Positions 42,345 through 53,577 are shown, counted from the stretch's first letter. The stretch is 64,000 bases of DNA from Candidatus Dadabacteria bacterium (GCA_028823955.1 JAPPFE010000001.1:22560-86559), one strand, 5' to 3'. The notes: a model not told the origin generated them from the letters alone. Numbers and translations: made by a program.

Positions 42345-43492
42345 GCTATCGCCCTCAGATTGCTCATTATGAATCTCGCTTTCTCAAGCGCGCCTGAAAT
42401 ATCATCGTCAAGCACGGTGACATGTCCCATCTTTCTGTAAGGCTTGGTAAGGGTCTTACCGTATATGTGGAACTTGGCTCCTTCAACGCCCATGCATCCA
42501 CGAAGTCCCTCGTACCTTACCTCGCCCTCGAAACCCGGCTGCCCGAGAATGTTAATCATAACAGAAGGAGTTTTTATTTCAGTATCGCCCGGGGGAAGAT
42601 CAAGAATCGATCTCAGACACTGCTCATACTGCGAGGTGCGAGCCGCGTCAATCGTGTGATGCCCGCTGTTATGCGGTCTCGGAGCGGATTCGTTTATAAG
42701 TATCTCTCCTTTTTTGGAAACAAACATCTCAACCGCAAGTATCCCGCACATGTCAAAAGACCTTATCGTGCGCTCGGCAAGTTCACATGCCTGAGCGGAC
42801 ATTTTGTCGTCAAGCTCGCAGGGACTTATCAGGAATTCAACTATGTTTGCATTGCTGTTAAACAGCATTTCTACCGGAGGAAACCATTTCGTTTCTCCGG
42901 TGGAATTACGCGAGACTATAACGGAAATCTCCTTCTCCACATCAACGAGATCTTCAATGACGGATTCTCCTTCTAAAAGATCGTCGAGCTGCTCCTTTTT
43001 TCTAACGACATAAACTCCTCTTCCGTCATAACCCGTCCTTGAAAGTTTCTGGACGAAAGGAATTTTTATCTCACCGGACCCTACGGCCGCAACTATAGCC
43101 TCTTTCCCGGGAAAGACCGAAAAATTGGCTGTGGGAAGCCCCTTTGAAACATAGAACTCCTTCTGCTTCGCCTTGTCCTGTATGAGTTCAAGCGCGTGGG
43201 GTTCAGGCCTTATGATGACTCCTTCTTCCCGCAGCCGAAAAAGCGCCTGCAGGTTTACGTGCTCAATCTCTATTGTCAGGATGTCAACATTTCTGCCAAA
43301 CTCGTAGACATCCTCGTAATTCCTGAAATCTCCATGGGTAAACCCGGTGCACACGGACGCCGTCGGACAATCGGCGGAAGGATCGAGCACATAGGTGCGG
43401 AGGTTCCAGTTGCTCGCAACCAGACAGAGCATTTTCCCGAGCTGACCGCCTCCGAGAATTCCCAGTTTTACATGTTCAAAATCCATGGCCAT
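42341..43492 (-). CDS. purK: N5-CAIR synthetase (ATP-grasp)
   Basis: [27 protein letters not shown] and RKMGHVT motifs. Confidence 0.96.
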   Translation of the reverse strand: MAMDFEHVKLGILGGGQLGKMLCLVASNWNLRTYVLDPSADCPTASVCTGFTHGDFRNYEDVYEFGRNVDILTIEIEHVNLQALFRLREEGVIIRPEPHALELIQDKAKQKEFYVSKGLPTANFSVFPGKEAIVAAVGSGEIKIPFVQKLSRTGYDGRGVYVVRKKEQLDDLLEGESVIEDLVDVEKEISVIVSRNSTGETKWFPPVEMLFNSNANIVEFLISPCELDDKMSAQACELAERTIRSFDMCGILAVEMFVSKKGEILINESAPRPHNSGHHTIDAARTSQYEQCLRSILDLPPGDTEIKTPSVMINILGQPGFEGEVRYEGLRGCMGVEGAKFHIYGKTLTKPYRKMGHVTVLDDDISGALEKARFIMSNLRAIA

Positions 43493-43505
43493 TATACGCC
43501 GGAAG

Positions 43506-44165
43506 CTACAAATCAATAATTGAGAGCAGTTCCATCGGAGTTTCTATAAGATGTTCGGCTCCGTTTTCACGAAGCTCGTCTCCCGTTCGGAAACCCCAGA
43601 GAACTCCCACCGGAAGCATACCCGCCCCAACTGCAGTAAGCATATCCACCCCCGAGTCTCCAAGATAAACCATCTGTGACGAGTCAATTCCGAGTTCCCT
43701 TGATATCCGCAGCGCTCCCGAGGGATCCGGTTTTCTCGGAATTTCATCCCTCTGCCCTATGACCACCTCGAAATTCCAGTCGGCAAGCAGATCCTCCACG
43801 TATTTTTCGGTAAACACGTGCGGCTTGTTGGTAAGAATCGCCTTTTTCAGACCTCTTTCGGAAAGCTCGTTCAGAAGATCCGGTATACCGTCATAAAGAG
43901 TGGTTTTTACGTTAAAGGCACGGCTGTAGATGCTGTTGAAATCAGTAAGGCATTTTTCAACGACAGCATCATTGTTTCTTTTGTCCTCGGGGAGGGCTCT
44001 TGACACCATAACCTTCGGACCCTTTCCTATAAAGTACTTGTAGCACCCGGTCGCGCGCGGCGGAAATCCGTTTATTCCGAGTGCCTGATTCACGGCATCA
44101 GCAAGATCCTCAAGAGAGTCAATCAGGGTTCCGTCAAGGTCAAATACAACTGCTCCGTAGCTCAT
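43506..44165 (-). CDS. HAD-family hydrolase (phosphoglycolate phosphatase-like)
   Basis: FDLDGTL, TNK, KPDP and GDSGVD motifs. Confidence 0.88.
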   Translation of the reverse strand: MSYGAVVFDLDGTLIDSLEDLADAVNQALGINGFPPRATGCYKYFIGKGPKVMVSRALPEDKRNNDAVVEKCLTDFNSIYSRAFNVKTTLYDGIPDLLNELSERGLKKAILTNKPHVFTEKYVEDLLADWNFEVVIGQRDEIPRKPDPSGALRISRELGIDSSQMVYLGDSGVDMLTAVGAGMLPVGVLWGFRTGDELRENGAEHLIETPMELLSIIDL

Positions 44166-44305
44166 AATCTTGGGGAATTATATCTTATGTAAGTCCTTGC
44201 TACAAAACGGACCGCGGTAGATGCGAAACTTCCGCAGTCTGTTAAAATTGAACTGCTTGAATTCACAAAAGGGTTACTCAAGTTCAAGGATCTTGGTATA
44301 AGCAA

Positions 44306-45631
44306 TTGTCAATAACAGTAATCGGCGCAGGGCTCGCAGGGGTTGAAGCCGCAAATCAGATCTCAAAGTTTGGAGTAAGGGTAACTCTCTATGAAATGAG
44401 GCCGCGGAGGAAAACCGCCGCGCACAGAACTTCGGATCTCGCGGAGCTTGTGTGCAGCAATTCTCTCAAATCGGCATCCATGGAGAACGCCTCAGGAATA
44501 CTTAAAGAGGAAATGAGGCGCCTCGGCTCACTCGTGATCGAGGCAGCCGAGGCCTCAAAGGTTCCCGCGGGAAAAGCTCTCGCGGTCGACAGGGAAATGT
44601 TCTCGGATTACATAACGCGGAAAATCCAAGGCAACGAACTTATAGACCTGAAAAGGGAAGAGGTAACGAAAATACCCGAAAACGGGACCGTGGTCGTGGC
44701 CACCGGTCCTCTTACCTCAGATGCACTTTGCGCGGAGATTTCCTCGCTCACGGAATCCGAATATCTTTACTTCTACGACGCCATCTCGCCGATAATCGAC
44801 GCAGATACAATCGACCGCTCGAAAATCTTCAGGGGATCAAGATACGGCCACGGAGACTCTGAGGAGGGAGATTATCTCAACTGTCCGCTCTCTGAGGATC
44901 AGTACTACGAGCTTGTTGACGACCTGATCCGCGGAGAAAAAGTGGAGACTAGGGAATTTGAGAAAGCACTCTACTTCCAAAGCTGCATGCCGGTTGAGGT
45001 CATATGCGAGAGAGGAAGAGATACTCTTCGGTTCGGCCCCCTAAAACCCGTCGGCCTAATTGATCCGAGAACCGGGAAAACCCCCTTTGCAGTTCTGCAG
45101 CTAAGAACGGAGAACAGCGAGGAAACGATGTACAACATGGTGGGGTTTCAGACAAAGCTCAGATACCCTCAGCAAAGAACCGTTTTCAGGAAGATCCCGG
45201 GGCTTGAAAGGGCGGAGTTTCTAAGATACGGAAGCGTGCACAGAAACACGTACATAGATTCCCCGAGACTCCTTGAGAAAGACCTTTCCCTGAGTTCCCG
45301 TCCGGGCGTCTTTTTCGCCGGGCAGATCACGGGAGTTGAAGGATACGTCGAGTCCGCAGCAACCGGAATCGTCTGCGGAATAAACGCCTCGAGAAAAGCG
45401 CTTGGGCTCGCACCTGCCCACGTCCCAAGGGAAACATCCATAGGTTCCCTGCTTGAGTACATCTCAACCCCAGGAAAAAGCGGATTTCAGCCGATGAACA
45501 TAAACTTCGGGCTTTTCCCCAAGGTTGAGAGAAAAATGGGGAAAGAAAAAAAGCGTAGGATTATCGCTCAAAGAGCTATAGAAAGCATGAGTGCGTACGA
45601 CCCTTTTTACCGGGTGTCCGCTTTTCGCTGA
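44306..45631 (+). CDS. trmFO: Folate/FAD-dependent tRNA m5U54 methyltransferase
   Basis: GAGLAGVEAA, AELVCSNS, FGPLKPVG, VGFQT and AGQITGVEGY motifs. Confidence 0.96.
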   Translation: MSITVIGAGLAGVEAANQISKFGVRVTLYEMRPRRKTAAHRTSDLAELVCSNSLKSASMENASGILKEEMRRLGSLVIEAAEASKVPAGKALAVDREMFSDYITRKIQGNELIDLKREEVTKIPENGTVVVATGPLTSDALCAEISSLTESEYLYFYDAISPIIDADTIDRSKIFRGSRYGHGDSEEGDYLNCPLSEDQYYELVDDLIRGEKVETREFEKALYFQSCMPVEVICERGRDTLRFGPLKPVGLIDPRTGKTPFAVLQLRTENSEETMYNMVGFQTKLRYPQQRTVFRKIPGLERAEFLRYGSVHRNTYIDSPRLLEKDLSLSSRPGVFFAGQITGVEGYVESAATGIVCGINASRKALGLAPAHVPRETSIGSLLEYISTPGKSGFQPMNINFGLFPKVERKMGKEKKRRIIAQRAIESMSAYDPFYRVSAFR

Positions 45632-45646
45632 AACCATAGAGCTTGC

Positions 45647-45684
45647 CCTATAGCCCAGAAACAGGTAAGAATATAGGCTATAGG
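45647..45684. repeat. 9-bp inverted repeat upstream of the Fic gene, overlapping its RBS
   Basis: CCTATAGCC (45647-45655), 20-nt spacer, GGCTATAGG (45676-45684); GGAGG at 45683-45687. Confidence 0.6.
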
Positions 45685-45701
45685 AGGTGTTTTTATAGCT
45701 C

Positions 45702-46853
45702 ATGGAATGGGTATGGCAACATTCTAACTGGCCGGACTTCACATGGGATCGGTCTGTTCTGGCACCTTTCGAAGAGCGTTTCCTGCATGAGTCAGGTCGC
45801 AGGATCGGCGCTTGGCGCCAGCTCACCCATGAAGATCAGTCCGAACTGCGAGTTAAATGGCTGAGCGGCGAGGCGGTCGAAACATCCGCAATTGAAGGTG
45901 AGATTCTCGACCGGGAATCAGTGCAATCCTCCATCCGACGACGATTTGGATTAACCGCCAGCCGGAAAACCGCTTCACCCGAGGAAGAGGGAGTAGCTGA
46001 AATGATGGTAGCGCTCTACCATGAGTTTGACCGCCCGCTTGACCACGAAACGCTGTGGCGCTGGCACCGGATGCTTATGCGAGACCGTCCTCATCTGGAG
46101 GTTGTCGGCGGCTATCGTCGCCACCCCGAAGCTATGCAGGTCGTTTCCGGGCCGGATTATAACCCCAAGATTCACTATGAAGCACCACCTTCGGAGCGGA
46201 TGACAGAGGAGATGGAACGTTTCATAGAGTGGTACGATCAGATTGCCTCAATCGGAAGCAGGATGTCCTCTCTGGCATGGGCCGGGACGGCACATCTGTA
46301 CTTTGTACGTATTCACCCCTTCGAGGACGGAAACGGTCGCATAGCCCGTGCTTTGGCGGAAAAAGCCCTCGCCCAGTCACTCGGCGAACCAAGTTTAATT
46401 GCGCTTTCCCGCACCATCGCCCGAAGGCGCAAGGGCTACTATGCTATTCTGGATGAGAGTGGCAGATCGCTTGATATCACCAACTGGCTTGTGTGGTTTG
46501 CGGATACAGTGCTTGACGCCCAGACCTGGAGCGAACGCCGTCTGATCCGGTCAATTCAGCAAACACGGTTATTCGATCGGCTCCATGGTTCGTTAAACCC
46601 GCGACAGGAAAAAATCCTTCTACGGCTCTTCGATGCTGAACCGGATGGTTTTGAGGGCGGTCTCAGCGCACAAAATTATCAAAGAATAACTGGGGCAACG
46701 GCTTCGACGGCGACGCGCGATCTAGCTAATATGGTCGCCATGGGCGCACTAAACAGAACCGGGCAGCGACGCCACACACGGTACTGGCTCAAACTGCCTT
46801 CCTTTGAGGAATCGGACCGTTATAAAACAACTGGTCAACAAACAACCTCATAA
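45702..46853 (+). CDS. Fic family protein (DUF4172 N-terminus, probable C-terminal HTH)
   Basis: WVWQHSNWPDFTWD; TSAIEG inhibitory motif; HPFEDGNGRIAR; C-terminal ATASTATRDL. Confidence 0.92.
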   Translation: MEWVWQHSNWPDFTWDRSVLAPFEERFLHESGRRIGAWRQLTHEDQSELRVKWLSGEAVETSAIEGEILDRESVQSSIRRRFGLTASRKTASPEEEGVAEMMVALYHEFDRPLDHETLWRWHRMLMRDRPHLEVVGGYRRHPEAMQVVSGPDYNPKIHYEAPPSERMTEEMERFIEWYDQIASIGSRMSSLAWAGTAHLYFVRIHPFEDGNGRIARALAEKALAQSLGEPSLIALSRTIARRRKGYYAILDESGRSLDITNWLVWFADTVLDAQTWSERRLIRSIQQTRLFDRLHGSLNPRQEKILLRLFDAEPDGFEGGLSAQNYQRITGATASTATRDLANMVAMGALNRTGQRRHTRYWLKLPSFEESDRYKTTGQQTTS

Positions 46854-46934
46854 CAAGCATGCCCGCGGGTAAAGCCCTTACAAACGTGCCGGCATATTTG
46901 ATTCTTCTATTTTAATGGTAGTATTTTGCCGGTC

Positions 46935-47822
46935 ATGACATATCAGGAACTTATTTTGGCTCTTCAGGATTACTGGTCATCCAAGGGATGTCTGGTGGTC
47001 CAGCCCTACGACATAGAAAAAGGCGCCGGAACTTTTCACCCGGCCACATTCCTGCGCTGCCTCGGTCCCGAGCCTTGGCACGTGGCATATGTCGAACCTT
47101 CAAGGAGACCGACCGACGGAAGATACGGAGATAATCCCAACAGGCTTCAGCACTACTATCAGTTCCAGGTGATAATAAAGCCTTCTCCCGATGATATCCA
47201 AGAACTTTTCCTCGACAGTCTGAAGTCATTCGGAATAAACCCGCTTGAGCACGATATAAGGTTCGTTGAGGATGACTGGGAATCCCCGACGCTCGGAGCG
47301 TGGGGACTTGGTTGGGAGGTTTGGCTTGACGGTATGGAAATAACCCAGTTCACATATTTTCAGCAGGCGGGCGGAATAGATCTTGATCCGATATCGGCCG
47401 AGATAACATACGGAACCGAAAGAATAGCGATGTACCTGCAGGAAGTCGAAAGCGTTTACGATCTTGAATGGACAAAGAGAATAACGTATGGAGAGATTCA
47501 TCATCAGAGCGAAGTCCAGTTCTCAAAGTATAACTTCGAGGAATCCGATCCCGCGATGCTAAGCGACCTGTTTAACATGTACGAGCAGGAATGCAGATCA
47601 CTTATCGAAAAGGAGCTTCCCCTCCCCGCTTACGAATACTGTCTTAAAAGTTCGCACACCTTCAACCTGCTTGACGCGAGAGGGGCGATTGGGGTAGCCG
47701 AGCGGGCCTCATACATAGCGAGGGTAAGGGCGCTTGCGAATCTGTGCGCAACTTCGTATCTGCAGACCAGAGAAAACCTGGGATTCCCCCTCCTGAAAAA
47801 CAACCCATGGAAAAAGAACTGA
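46935..47822 (+). CDS. glyQ: Glycyl-tRNA synthetase alpha subunit
   Basis: [29 protein letters not shown] and [10 protein letters not shown] motifs. Confidence 0.97.
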   Translation: MTYQELILALQDYWSSKGCLVVQPYDIEKGAGTFHPATFLRCLGPEPWHVAYVEPSRRPTDGRYGDNPNRLQHYYQFQVIIKPSPDDIQELFLDSLKSFGINPLEHDIRFVEDDWESPTLGAWGLGWEVWLDGMEITQFTYFQQAGGIDLDPISAEITYGTERIAMYLQEVESVYDLEWTKRITYGEIHHQSEVQFSKYNFEESDPAMLSDLFNMYEQECRSLIEKELPLPAYEYCLKSSHTFNLLDARGAIGVAERASYIARVRALANLCATSYLQTRENLGFPLLKNNPWKKN

Positions 47823-49897
47823 TACTCGAAATCGGAACGGAGGAAATACCTGCTCTCTTCCTTGAAAAAGCCCGGGAGGATCTGGGCAATATTCTAAGCG
47901 GAGAACTCCGCGACAAGGGTATTGAATTCGAGGAAATGGAAATCTTCTATACCCCGAGAAGACTTTCGGCAAGGGTAAGCGGACTTGAGAGAAAGCAGAG
48001 AGACCGCACGACCGAAAACTTCGGGCCGCCCAAGCGCATAGCGTTTGACGAAGACGGAAAGCCCACCAAGGCCGCTGCGGGTTTCGCCAGATCCCAGAAA
48101 GTCGATGTTGAGGAACTCGTCATCGCAAAAAGGGATAACGGAGAATTCCTCTGCGTAAGGAAGACGGTAAAAGGAAAAAAAACTTCATCCGTTCTAAAAG
48201 AGATTCTTCCGGGAGTGATCTCATCGGTCCCCTTCCGGAAATCAATGAGATGGGGCGACGGAAAACTGGCCTTCGCAAGACCTATAAGATGGATAGCGGC
48301 GCTCTACGATGGCAAGCCAGTAAAATTCAGCGTTGAGAACATCAAAAGTTCTGACCGAAGCTTCGGTCACAGGTTCACTTCCCCGAAACCGTTTCGAGTG
48401 ACATCCTGGGCCAATTACCTGAAAACACTTGAGAAAAACAACGTAGTAGCGGACCCGGAGAAAAGAAAGAAAATCATAAGAAGGGACACAGAGACGGCGG
48501 CCAAAAAGATAGGCGGAACCATAAAGGAAGATCCTGAACTGCTTGAAACCGTGGTGAACCTAGTGGAGCATCCGACGGTTCTGGTGGGAAAGTTCGAGGA
48601 AAAATACCTGCGGTTGCCCGAGGAAGTTCTTATAAGCGTGATGAAGAATCACCAGAAATATTTTCCCGTTTACTCTGAGAAGACCGGCAAGCTTCTTCCC
48701 TGTTTCATCTTTGTCTGCGGAACCCCGGTTAAGGATAAACAGGTAATTATAAGGGGAAACGAGCGGGTAATAAGGGCAAGACTTAACGACGCCGAATTCT
48801 TTTTCTCCGAAGATACGAAGAAAAACCTAAGTGCCTACACAGAAGAGCTTGAGAGCATGATGTTTCTATCTGATATAGGGACTTACAGGGAAAAAGTCGA
48901 GCGTATGAGGATGCTTGCCGCCGATATTTTTGCCAGCCCCGATCTTGAAAGGGCCGCGGAACTCTCAAAGTCCGATCTCGCGACCCAGATGGTCTTTGAA
49001 TTCGCCGAACTCCAGGGTGTCATGGGCAAGTATTACTCGCTTGCTTCCAAGGAGAAAAAAGCCGTCGCGAACGCGATCGAGGAACAATACATGCCGCTTA
49101 CGAGAACCGGTGAACTCCCGCGAACGAAAACCGGAGCGCTTCTAAGCATAGTGGACAAAACGGATAACATCTGCTCGTCCTTCATCGCGGGTCTCGCGCC
49201 CACCGGATCTTCCGATCCCTATGCGCTGAGAAGACAGACCCTCGGAATAATAAGAATCGCCATAGAGAAGAAGCTTGATATTTCTCTCTCCACACTCCTT
49301 GAACGCGGCATAAGGCTCGTGCTCGACTCCATGGACGCGCAAAAAGCTCGTGACGGCAAACTGTCCGAAGAAGAACTTAAAGTGAACATTCTCGCGTTTT
49401 TCTCCGAGAGGTTCCGCAACCTAATGACAGAGTCAGGTTACGAGAGAAATGTCGTCGAATCCGTAATCTCGGCAGGGTTTGACAACCCCCTTGACGCCTA
49501 CCGCAGAATAAACGCGCTTGGGAAATTCGCAAAACGAAAGGATTTTGAGGCCCTAGCCACAGGCTTTAAGAGGGTTTTCAACATAGCGAAAACCAGACCG
49601 TCTTCACCGCTTGACAAGAAGCTGTTTAAGCAAAAAGAGGAAAAGGATCTCCTCAGAGCTTTTACCAAGACGCAGACAGCGGTTTTAAAGAAATTGGCCG
49701 ATTCTGAAAAAGCCGCCGGGCAAAGCGATTACCTCAAAGCGCTTGAATCCATAAAAACACTCTCCGCACCAATAGATCGTTTCTTTGACGCGGTAATGGT
49801 CATGGACAAAAACAAGAAGATCAGAGACAACCGTCTGGCCTTACTCAATGAAATAAAAGATCTGTTTTTCATGATTGCCGATTTCTCGAAAATCTGA
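47807..49897 (+). CDS. glyS: Glycyl-tRNA synthetase beta subunit
   Basis: [34 protein letters not shown] and NRLALL motifs. Confidence 0.96.
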   Translation: MEKELILEIGTEEIPALFLEKAREDLGNILSGELRDKGIEFEEMEIFYTPRRLSARVSGLERKQRDRTTENFGPPKRIAFDEDGKPTKAAAGFARSQKVDVEELVIAKRDNGEFLCVRKTVKGKKTSSVLKEILPGVISSVPFRKSMRWGDGKLAFARPIRWIAALYDGKPVKFSVENIKSSDRSFGHRFTSPKPFRVTSWANYLKTLEKNNVVADPEKRKKIIRRDTETAAKKIGGTIKEDPELLETVVNLVEHPTVLVGKFEEKYLRLPEEVLISVMKNHQKYFPVYSEKTGKLLPCFIFVCGTPVKDKQVIIRGNERVIRARLNDAEFFFSEDTKKNLSAYTEELESMMFLSDIGTYREKVERMRMLAADIFASPDLERAAELSKSDLATQMVFEFAELQGVMGKYYSLASKEKKAVANAIEEQYMPLTRTGELPRTKTGALLSIVDKTDNICSSFIAGLAPTGSSDPYALRRQTLGIIRIAIEKKLDISLSTLLERGIRLVLDSMDAQKARDGKLSEEELKVNILAFFSERFRNLMTESGYERNVVESVISAGFDNPLDAYRRINALGKFAKRKDFEALATGFKRVFNIAKTRPSSPLDKKLFKQKEEKDLLRAFTKTQTAVLKKLADSEKAAGQSDYLKALESIKTLSAPIDRFFDAVMVMDKNKKIRDNRLALLNEIKDLFFMIADFSKI

Positions 49898-49923
49898 CAC
49901 GCAACCAACCATACGCTTATTAA

Positions 49924-50694
49924 TCAATAAATGCCCGGTATCAGGGCCTTGCGGTGCGGTGGATAATCCTTGAAGGTTTCCACATACCACTGATGGTTGC
50001 TGCGCGCCCTGGGAGCGAGATTGGCGGAGGTAAACAGCAAGAAGGCTAGGCCGCTCAACGACCACGTTGCTAGTGCCCAGCCGACCCATTCGAGGATTTC
50101 GCCCATATAATTCGGGCACGAGACAAAGCGAAACCCGCCACCCTGCGGAACCACATAGCCGGTCCCGCCCGGCCTGCGTAGACGAATGAGGATATTGTCG
50201 GCGTGGAGGTTGAGAGCAATCCCGACTAGAAAAACCCCGACGCCGATCAGGAAACGAGGGTCGGCAAGCCATCCAACGGTGTACTCGCCGAATTCGGAAA
50301 TGAATCGGGCATTGATGTAGGCGTTAATCACATTGAAGAAAAAGCCCGACCCGACCACCAGCAACGGCGTCTTCCGCCCGCTTGCCCTGATCCGAAACGG
50401 GTAAATGAACGTCCGGTTCAGATAGTGGCACTGCCACATGACCAGAAAGAGCAGCGGCACGATGTGGAACGCAGACTTCCCGTTAAGATAGACGGCAAGG
50501 AAAACGACAACCGCCGGCAGTTCCATGATGATCCAGCCGAGCCTGCTGGAAATGTGCGGTCCCCAGCCCGCACCTGCGTAATGACGGCCATAGGGTGCGG
50601 TTTTACGGAGCAGATAAAAAAACGTCGGGACAGCCGCAGCAATGACTGCCCATACAATCACGCTGTGAAGTTGTTCCTCGGCCATCTCAACCAT
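49924..50694 (-). CDS. 3-oxo-5-alpha-steroid 4-dehydrogenase (steroid 5-alpha-reductase, SRD5A-like)
   Basis: APYGRH, WIIMELP, HYLNRTFIYP, VSCPNYMGEILEW, NLAPRA and RKALIP motifs. Confidence 0.88.
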   Translation of the reverse strand: MVEMAEEQLHSVIVWAVIAAAVPTFFYLLRKTAPYGRHYAGAGWGPHISSRLGWIIMELPAVVVFLAVYLNGKSAFHIVPLLFLVMWQCHYLNRTFIYPFRIRASGRKTPLLVVGSGFFFNVINAYINARFISEFGEYTVGWLADPRFLIGVGVFLVGIALNLHADNILIRLRRPGGTGYVVPQGGGFRFVSCPNYMGEILEWVGWALATWSLSGLAFLLFTSANLAPRARSNHQWYVETFKDYPPHRKALIPGIY

Positions 50695-50866
50695 TCTCGC
50701 CGAGCATGCCCTGCCCGTCAAACCATCGATAGGGCCTCTCACCGAATCCGCCAAGGGACGCGGCCTGAACCCAAGTTCCGCCTGCGCAGACGTAATATCG
50801 GTAAATTCAGAGTATCATCCTGAAAATACTTGAGAAGCAACAGTATTCGGGTATTATTTCCCTCAT

Positions 50867-51046
50867 ATGTTCGGACAATTCGGCATATGGGAATTAATCC
50901 TGATCCTGGCAATCCTGCTCATAATCTTTGGTCCGAGCAGGCTCGGGGATCTGGGATCTTCGCTCGGCAAGGGAATAAGCGGGTTCAGAAAATCCCTAAA
51001 AGACGACGACCCAGACAATAAGGAAGAAGGGCAAAGCGGCACCTGA
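50867..51046 (+). CDS. tatA: Twin-arginine translocase subunit TatA
   Basis: Not in the ORF track. Manual translation gives MFGQFGIWELILILAILLIIFGPSRLGDLGSSLGKGISGFRKSLKDDD... Confidence 0.92.
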   Translation: MFGQFGIWELILILAILLIIFGPSRLGDLGSSLGKGISGFRKSLKDDDPDNKEEGQSGT

Positions 51047-51061
51047 TCAGAAACCCTTTCC

Positions 51062-51484
51062 TCAATCCTTTATCTTCTCCGCAAGTTCCACAAGCACTCC
51101 GTTCGTTGACTTGGGATGTATAAAGGCGACTTTACAGTTGTAAGATCCGGGTCTCGCATGTTCGTCGATCAGCCTGACACCTTCTTTTTCTAGGGCCCGG
51201 AGAGAAGACTCTATATCGTCCACAAGAAAGCAGATATGATGAACACCTTCCCCTCTTTTCTCCAAGAATTGCGAAATCGGAGAATTTTCGTCCAAAGGTT
51301 CGATAAGTTCTACCGCAGTGCCCTCTCCCGATTCGGGGCAAAGCATCGATGTTTTCACCCCATAGTTGACTACGTCCTCCCTGTGAACAACCCTAAGTCC
51401 GAGTAATTTGGAGTAAAGATATTCAGCTTTCTCGATATCCTTTACGGCAATCGCTACATGATAAAGAAATCCGTTCTTGCTCAA
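51062..51484 (-). CDS. mce: Methylmalonyl-CoA epimerase (VOC family)
   Basis: HVAIAV, ELIEP, FLEKRGEGVHHICF and FIHPKSTNGVLVEL motifs; TTG start with AAGGAG. Confidence 0.88.
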   Translation of the reverse strand: MSKNGFLYHVAIAVKDIEKAEYLYSKLLGLRVVHREDVVNYGVKTSMLCPESGEGTAVELIEPLDENSPISQFLEKRGEGVHHICFLVDDIESSLRALEKEGVRLIDEHARPGSYNCKVAFIHPKSTNGVLVELAEKIKD

Positions 51485-51503
51485 CTCAGAACACTCCTTT
51501 CGG

Positions 51504-52997
51504 CTAACCCGAAGCCTCCTCTCTGGAAATGGCGTATTTCTCGAGAGGATCTTCAACCGATTTGAACTTTATCTTTACCCCCCTCTCCCGCTGGATTCTT
51601 CTCATGGATCTTCCTTCTATTTCTCTGAGCTTCGCTATGACCTTCTTGTTGGCTTGGACGACAAGAGGCCCTTCAGCGCTCTGCCTTGTCCTCTGATCAA
51701 TATCCCTCAGTATCTCGTAACAGGTGGTGTATATCGACTTTATCCGTCCGCTCCCCTCGCAGGTATCACAGGGTTCGGTCAGGTCGGAAAGTATACTTTC
51801 CCTGACCCTGCGTCTGGTAAGCTGGATTACGCTGAAAGACGATATTTCCTGGATCGTGGTCCTCGCTTTATCCTTTTTCATCTCATTCGTGAAAAGCGAC
51901 TCTACCTTCTTTCTGGACCTAACAGACTGCATGTCTATGAAATCGATAACTATGATTCCGACCAGATTGCGAAGCCTTATCTGCCTCGCGGCTTCAACTG
52001 CGGCTTCTTCGTTCGTTTTCATTATTGTTTTCTTCTGAAACTCCTCTCCGACAAGTTTCCCGGAGTTAACGTCTATCACGGTAAGCCCCTCGGCCTCGTC
52101 TATGATCAGGTAGCCTCCCGACTTCATCCAGACCTTTTTTCTGTACATTTTTTCGATCTGGCTCTCGATTCCGTATCTGTCGAATATGGGTTCTTCTTTA
52201 TCGTACATATCGACTTTGAAGCCATCCTTGTTAATCTTGTCGGAAAAGTACTTGGTAATCCGGCCGTGGGCTTTGGAGGAATCAACTACAATTTTCTTAA
52301 GGCCGTTTCCCATCAGGTCCCTGATGACCCTGATACAGGTATCGGCTTCTTCGTATATCACGCCCGGGTTTTTCGATTCTTCATACTTTTTCTTTATCCT
52401 TCTCCACTTCCTCACAAGCGCTTTCATCTCGCTCTTGATGTCCTTCTCGTCCGCTTCCACGCACGCCGTTCTCACTATAAAACCCATGTCTTCGGGCTTA
52501 TTCCGCATGATTTCGGAAAATCTTTTCCTGCTTTTTCTGTCGGTTATTTTGCGGGACAGGTTCACCGAGTCTGACCCGGGAAGCAGAACAAGATATTTGC
52601 CCGGTATGCCCACGTGAGAGGTAAGCTTGGGACCTTTGTTTCCGGTGGGTTCCTTTGTAACCTGAACCATAACCTCCTGACCCTGACGCAACACTTTCTG
52701 TATTGGCTGATGGTTTTTTCTGGAAGACTTTTTTGTCTCTTCCTCTTCAAGAAAAAGTTCACTGAGCGATTCCTCATACACATCCTCGGCGGAGAGAAAC
52801 CCGGATTTGCCGTCTCCCATGCCGACAAACGCGGCCTGCACCCCGGGGACGATCTTTTCGACTTTCCCCTTGTAGATATTGCCTACCATTGAAGAACTGG
52901 ACTTTCTTTCAATGAAAAGCTCGATCAGTCTGCTTTTCTCCAGGACAGCTACTCTGGTTTCGTTAAAAAGCGAGTTGATGATAAGTTGAGTGCTCAT
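51504..52997 (-). CDS. rng: Ribonuclease E/G family (RNase G-like)
   Basis: GNIYKGKV S1 domain; IDVNSG, TNEEAA, LRNLVGIIVIDFIDM and CDTCEG motifs. Confidence 0.92.
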   Translation of the reverse strand: MSTQLIINSLFNETRVAVLEKSRLIELFIERKSSSSMVGNIYKGKVEKIVPGVQAAFVGMGDGKSGFLSAEDVYEESLSELFLEEEETKKSSRKNHQPIQKVLRQGQEVMVQVTKEPTGNKGPKLTSHVGIPGKYLVLLPGSDSVNLSRKITDRKSRKRFSEIMRNKPEDMGFIVRTACVEADEKDIKSEMKALVRKWRRIKKKYEESKNPGVIYEEADTCIRVIRDLMGNGLKKIVVDSSKAHGRITKYFSDKINKDGFKVDMYDKEEPIFDRYGIESQIEKMYRKKVWMKSGGYLIIDEAEGLTVIDVNSGKLVGEEFQKKTIMKTNEEAAVEAARQIRLRNLVGIIVIDFIDMQSVRSRKKVESLFTNEMKKDKARTTIQEISSFSVIQLTRRRVRESILSDLTEPCDTCEGSGRIKSIYTTCYEILRDIDQRTRQSAEGPLVVQANKKVIAKLREIEGRSMRRIQRERGVKIKFKSVEDPLEKYAISREEASG

Positions 52998-53163
52998 AGG
53001 GCGTCAGACACAAACAGATTATTTTGGTAAATATAACCGTAAGTGCCTGAAATGGAAAAACAAGTCTTCAGCTCCCGCTGATTCTCAAACCCGACATTCC
53101 TGCAGGAAAAGGCCCTGCGCGGGGCGGACAGGAGTAAAAGATTACCGCATTTTTCCCAAAGAA

Positions 53164-53577
53164 TCAGGCGCTCTTTCTTCCAAGCTCGACAATCGTGTCG
53201 AAATGCTCTTTTTCAATCTGCATGACCGAAAGCCTGCTCTGCCTTACAAGCGCAATGTCCCTGAGCCTTTCGTCGTTTTTTATTTGCTTGAGAGATACGG
53301 GGATCCGGAGGGTTTCCACGGGCTTCAGATCAACCACGACCCATCTTTCGTCCTCGGTCGTGGGGTCTTGGTAATACTCCCTTATGACCTCGGATATGCC
53401 CACGACTTCAAGACCCTTGTTGCTGTGGTAGAAAAGAACGAGATCTCCCTTTTTCATGCCTTTGAGGTTGTTTCTTGCCTGATAGTTTCTGACCCCGTCC
53501 CAGTACGTCCATCCGTCTCGGAGAAACTCCTCCCACGAATACTTAAACGGTTCCGATTTGACAAGCCAGTAGTTCAT
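53164..53577 (-). CDS. EVE domain protein
   Basis: YWLVKSEP, WDGVRNYQARN, FYHS and RLSV motifs. Confidence 0.92.
   Translation of the reverse strand: MNYWLVKSEPFKYSWEEFLRDGWTYWDGVRNYQARNNLKGMKKGDLVLFYHSNKGLEVVGISEVIREYYQDPTTEDERWVVVDLKPVETLRIPVSLKQIKNDERLRDIALVRQSRLSVMQIEKEHFDTIVELGRKSA

Noticed and set aside
46859-46869. ATGCCCGCGGG found beside both Fic genes (also at 55415-55425) as a possible insertion site
   Set aside because: Only 11 bp, downstream of one gene and upstream of the other, with no recombinase nearby; likely chance.
53164-53577. EVE domain gene as part of a modification-dependent defence system
   Set aside because: It is a stand-alone, widely conserved type with no fused or adjacent restriction nuclease; rng is a housekeeping gene.
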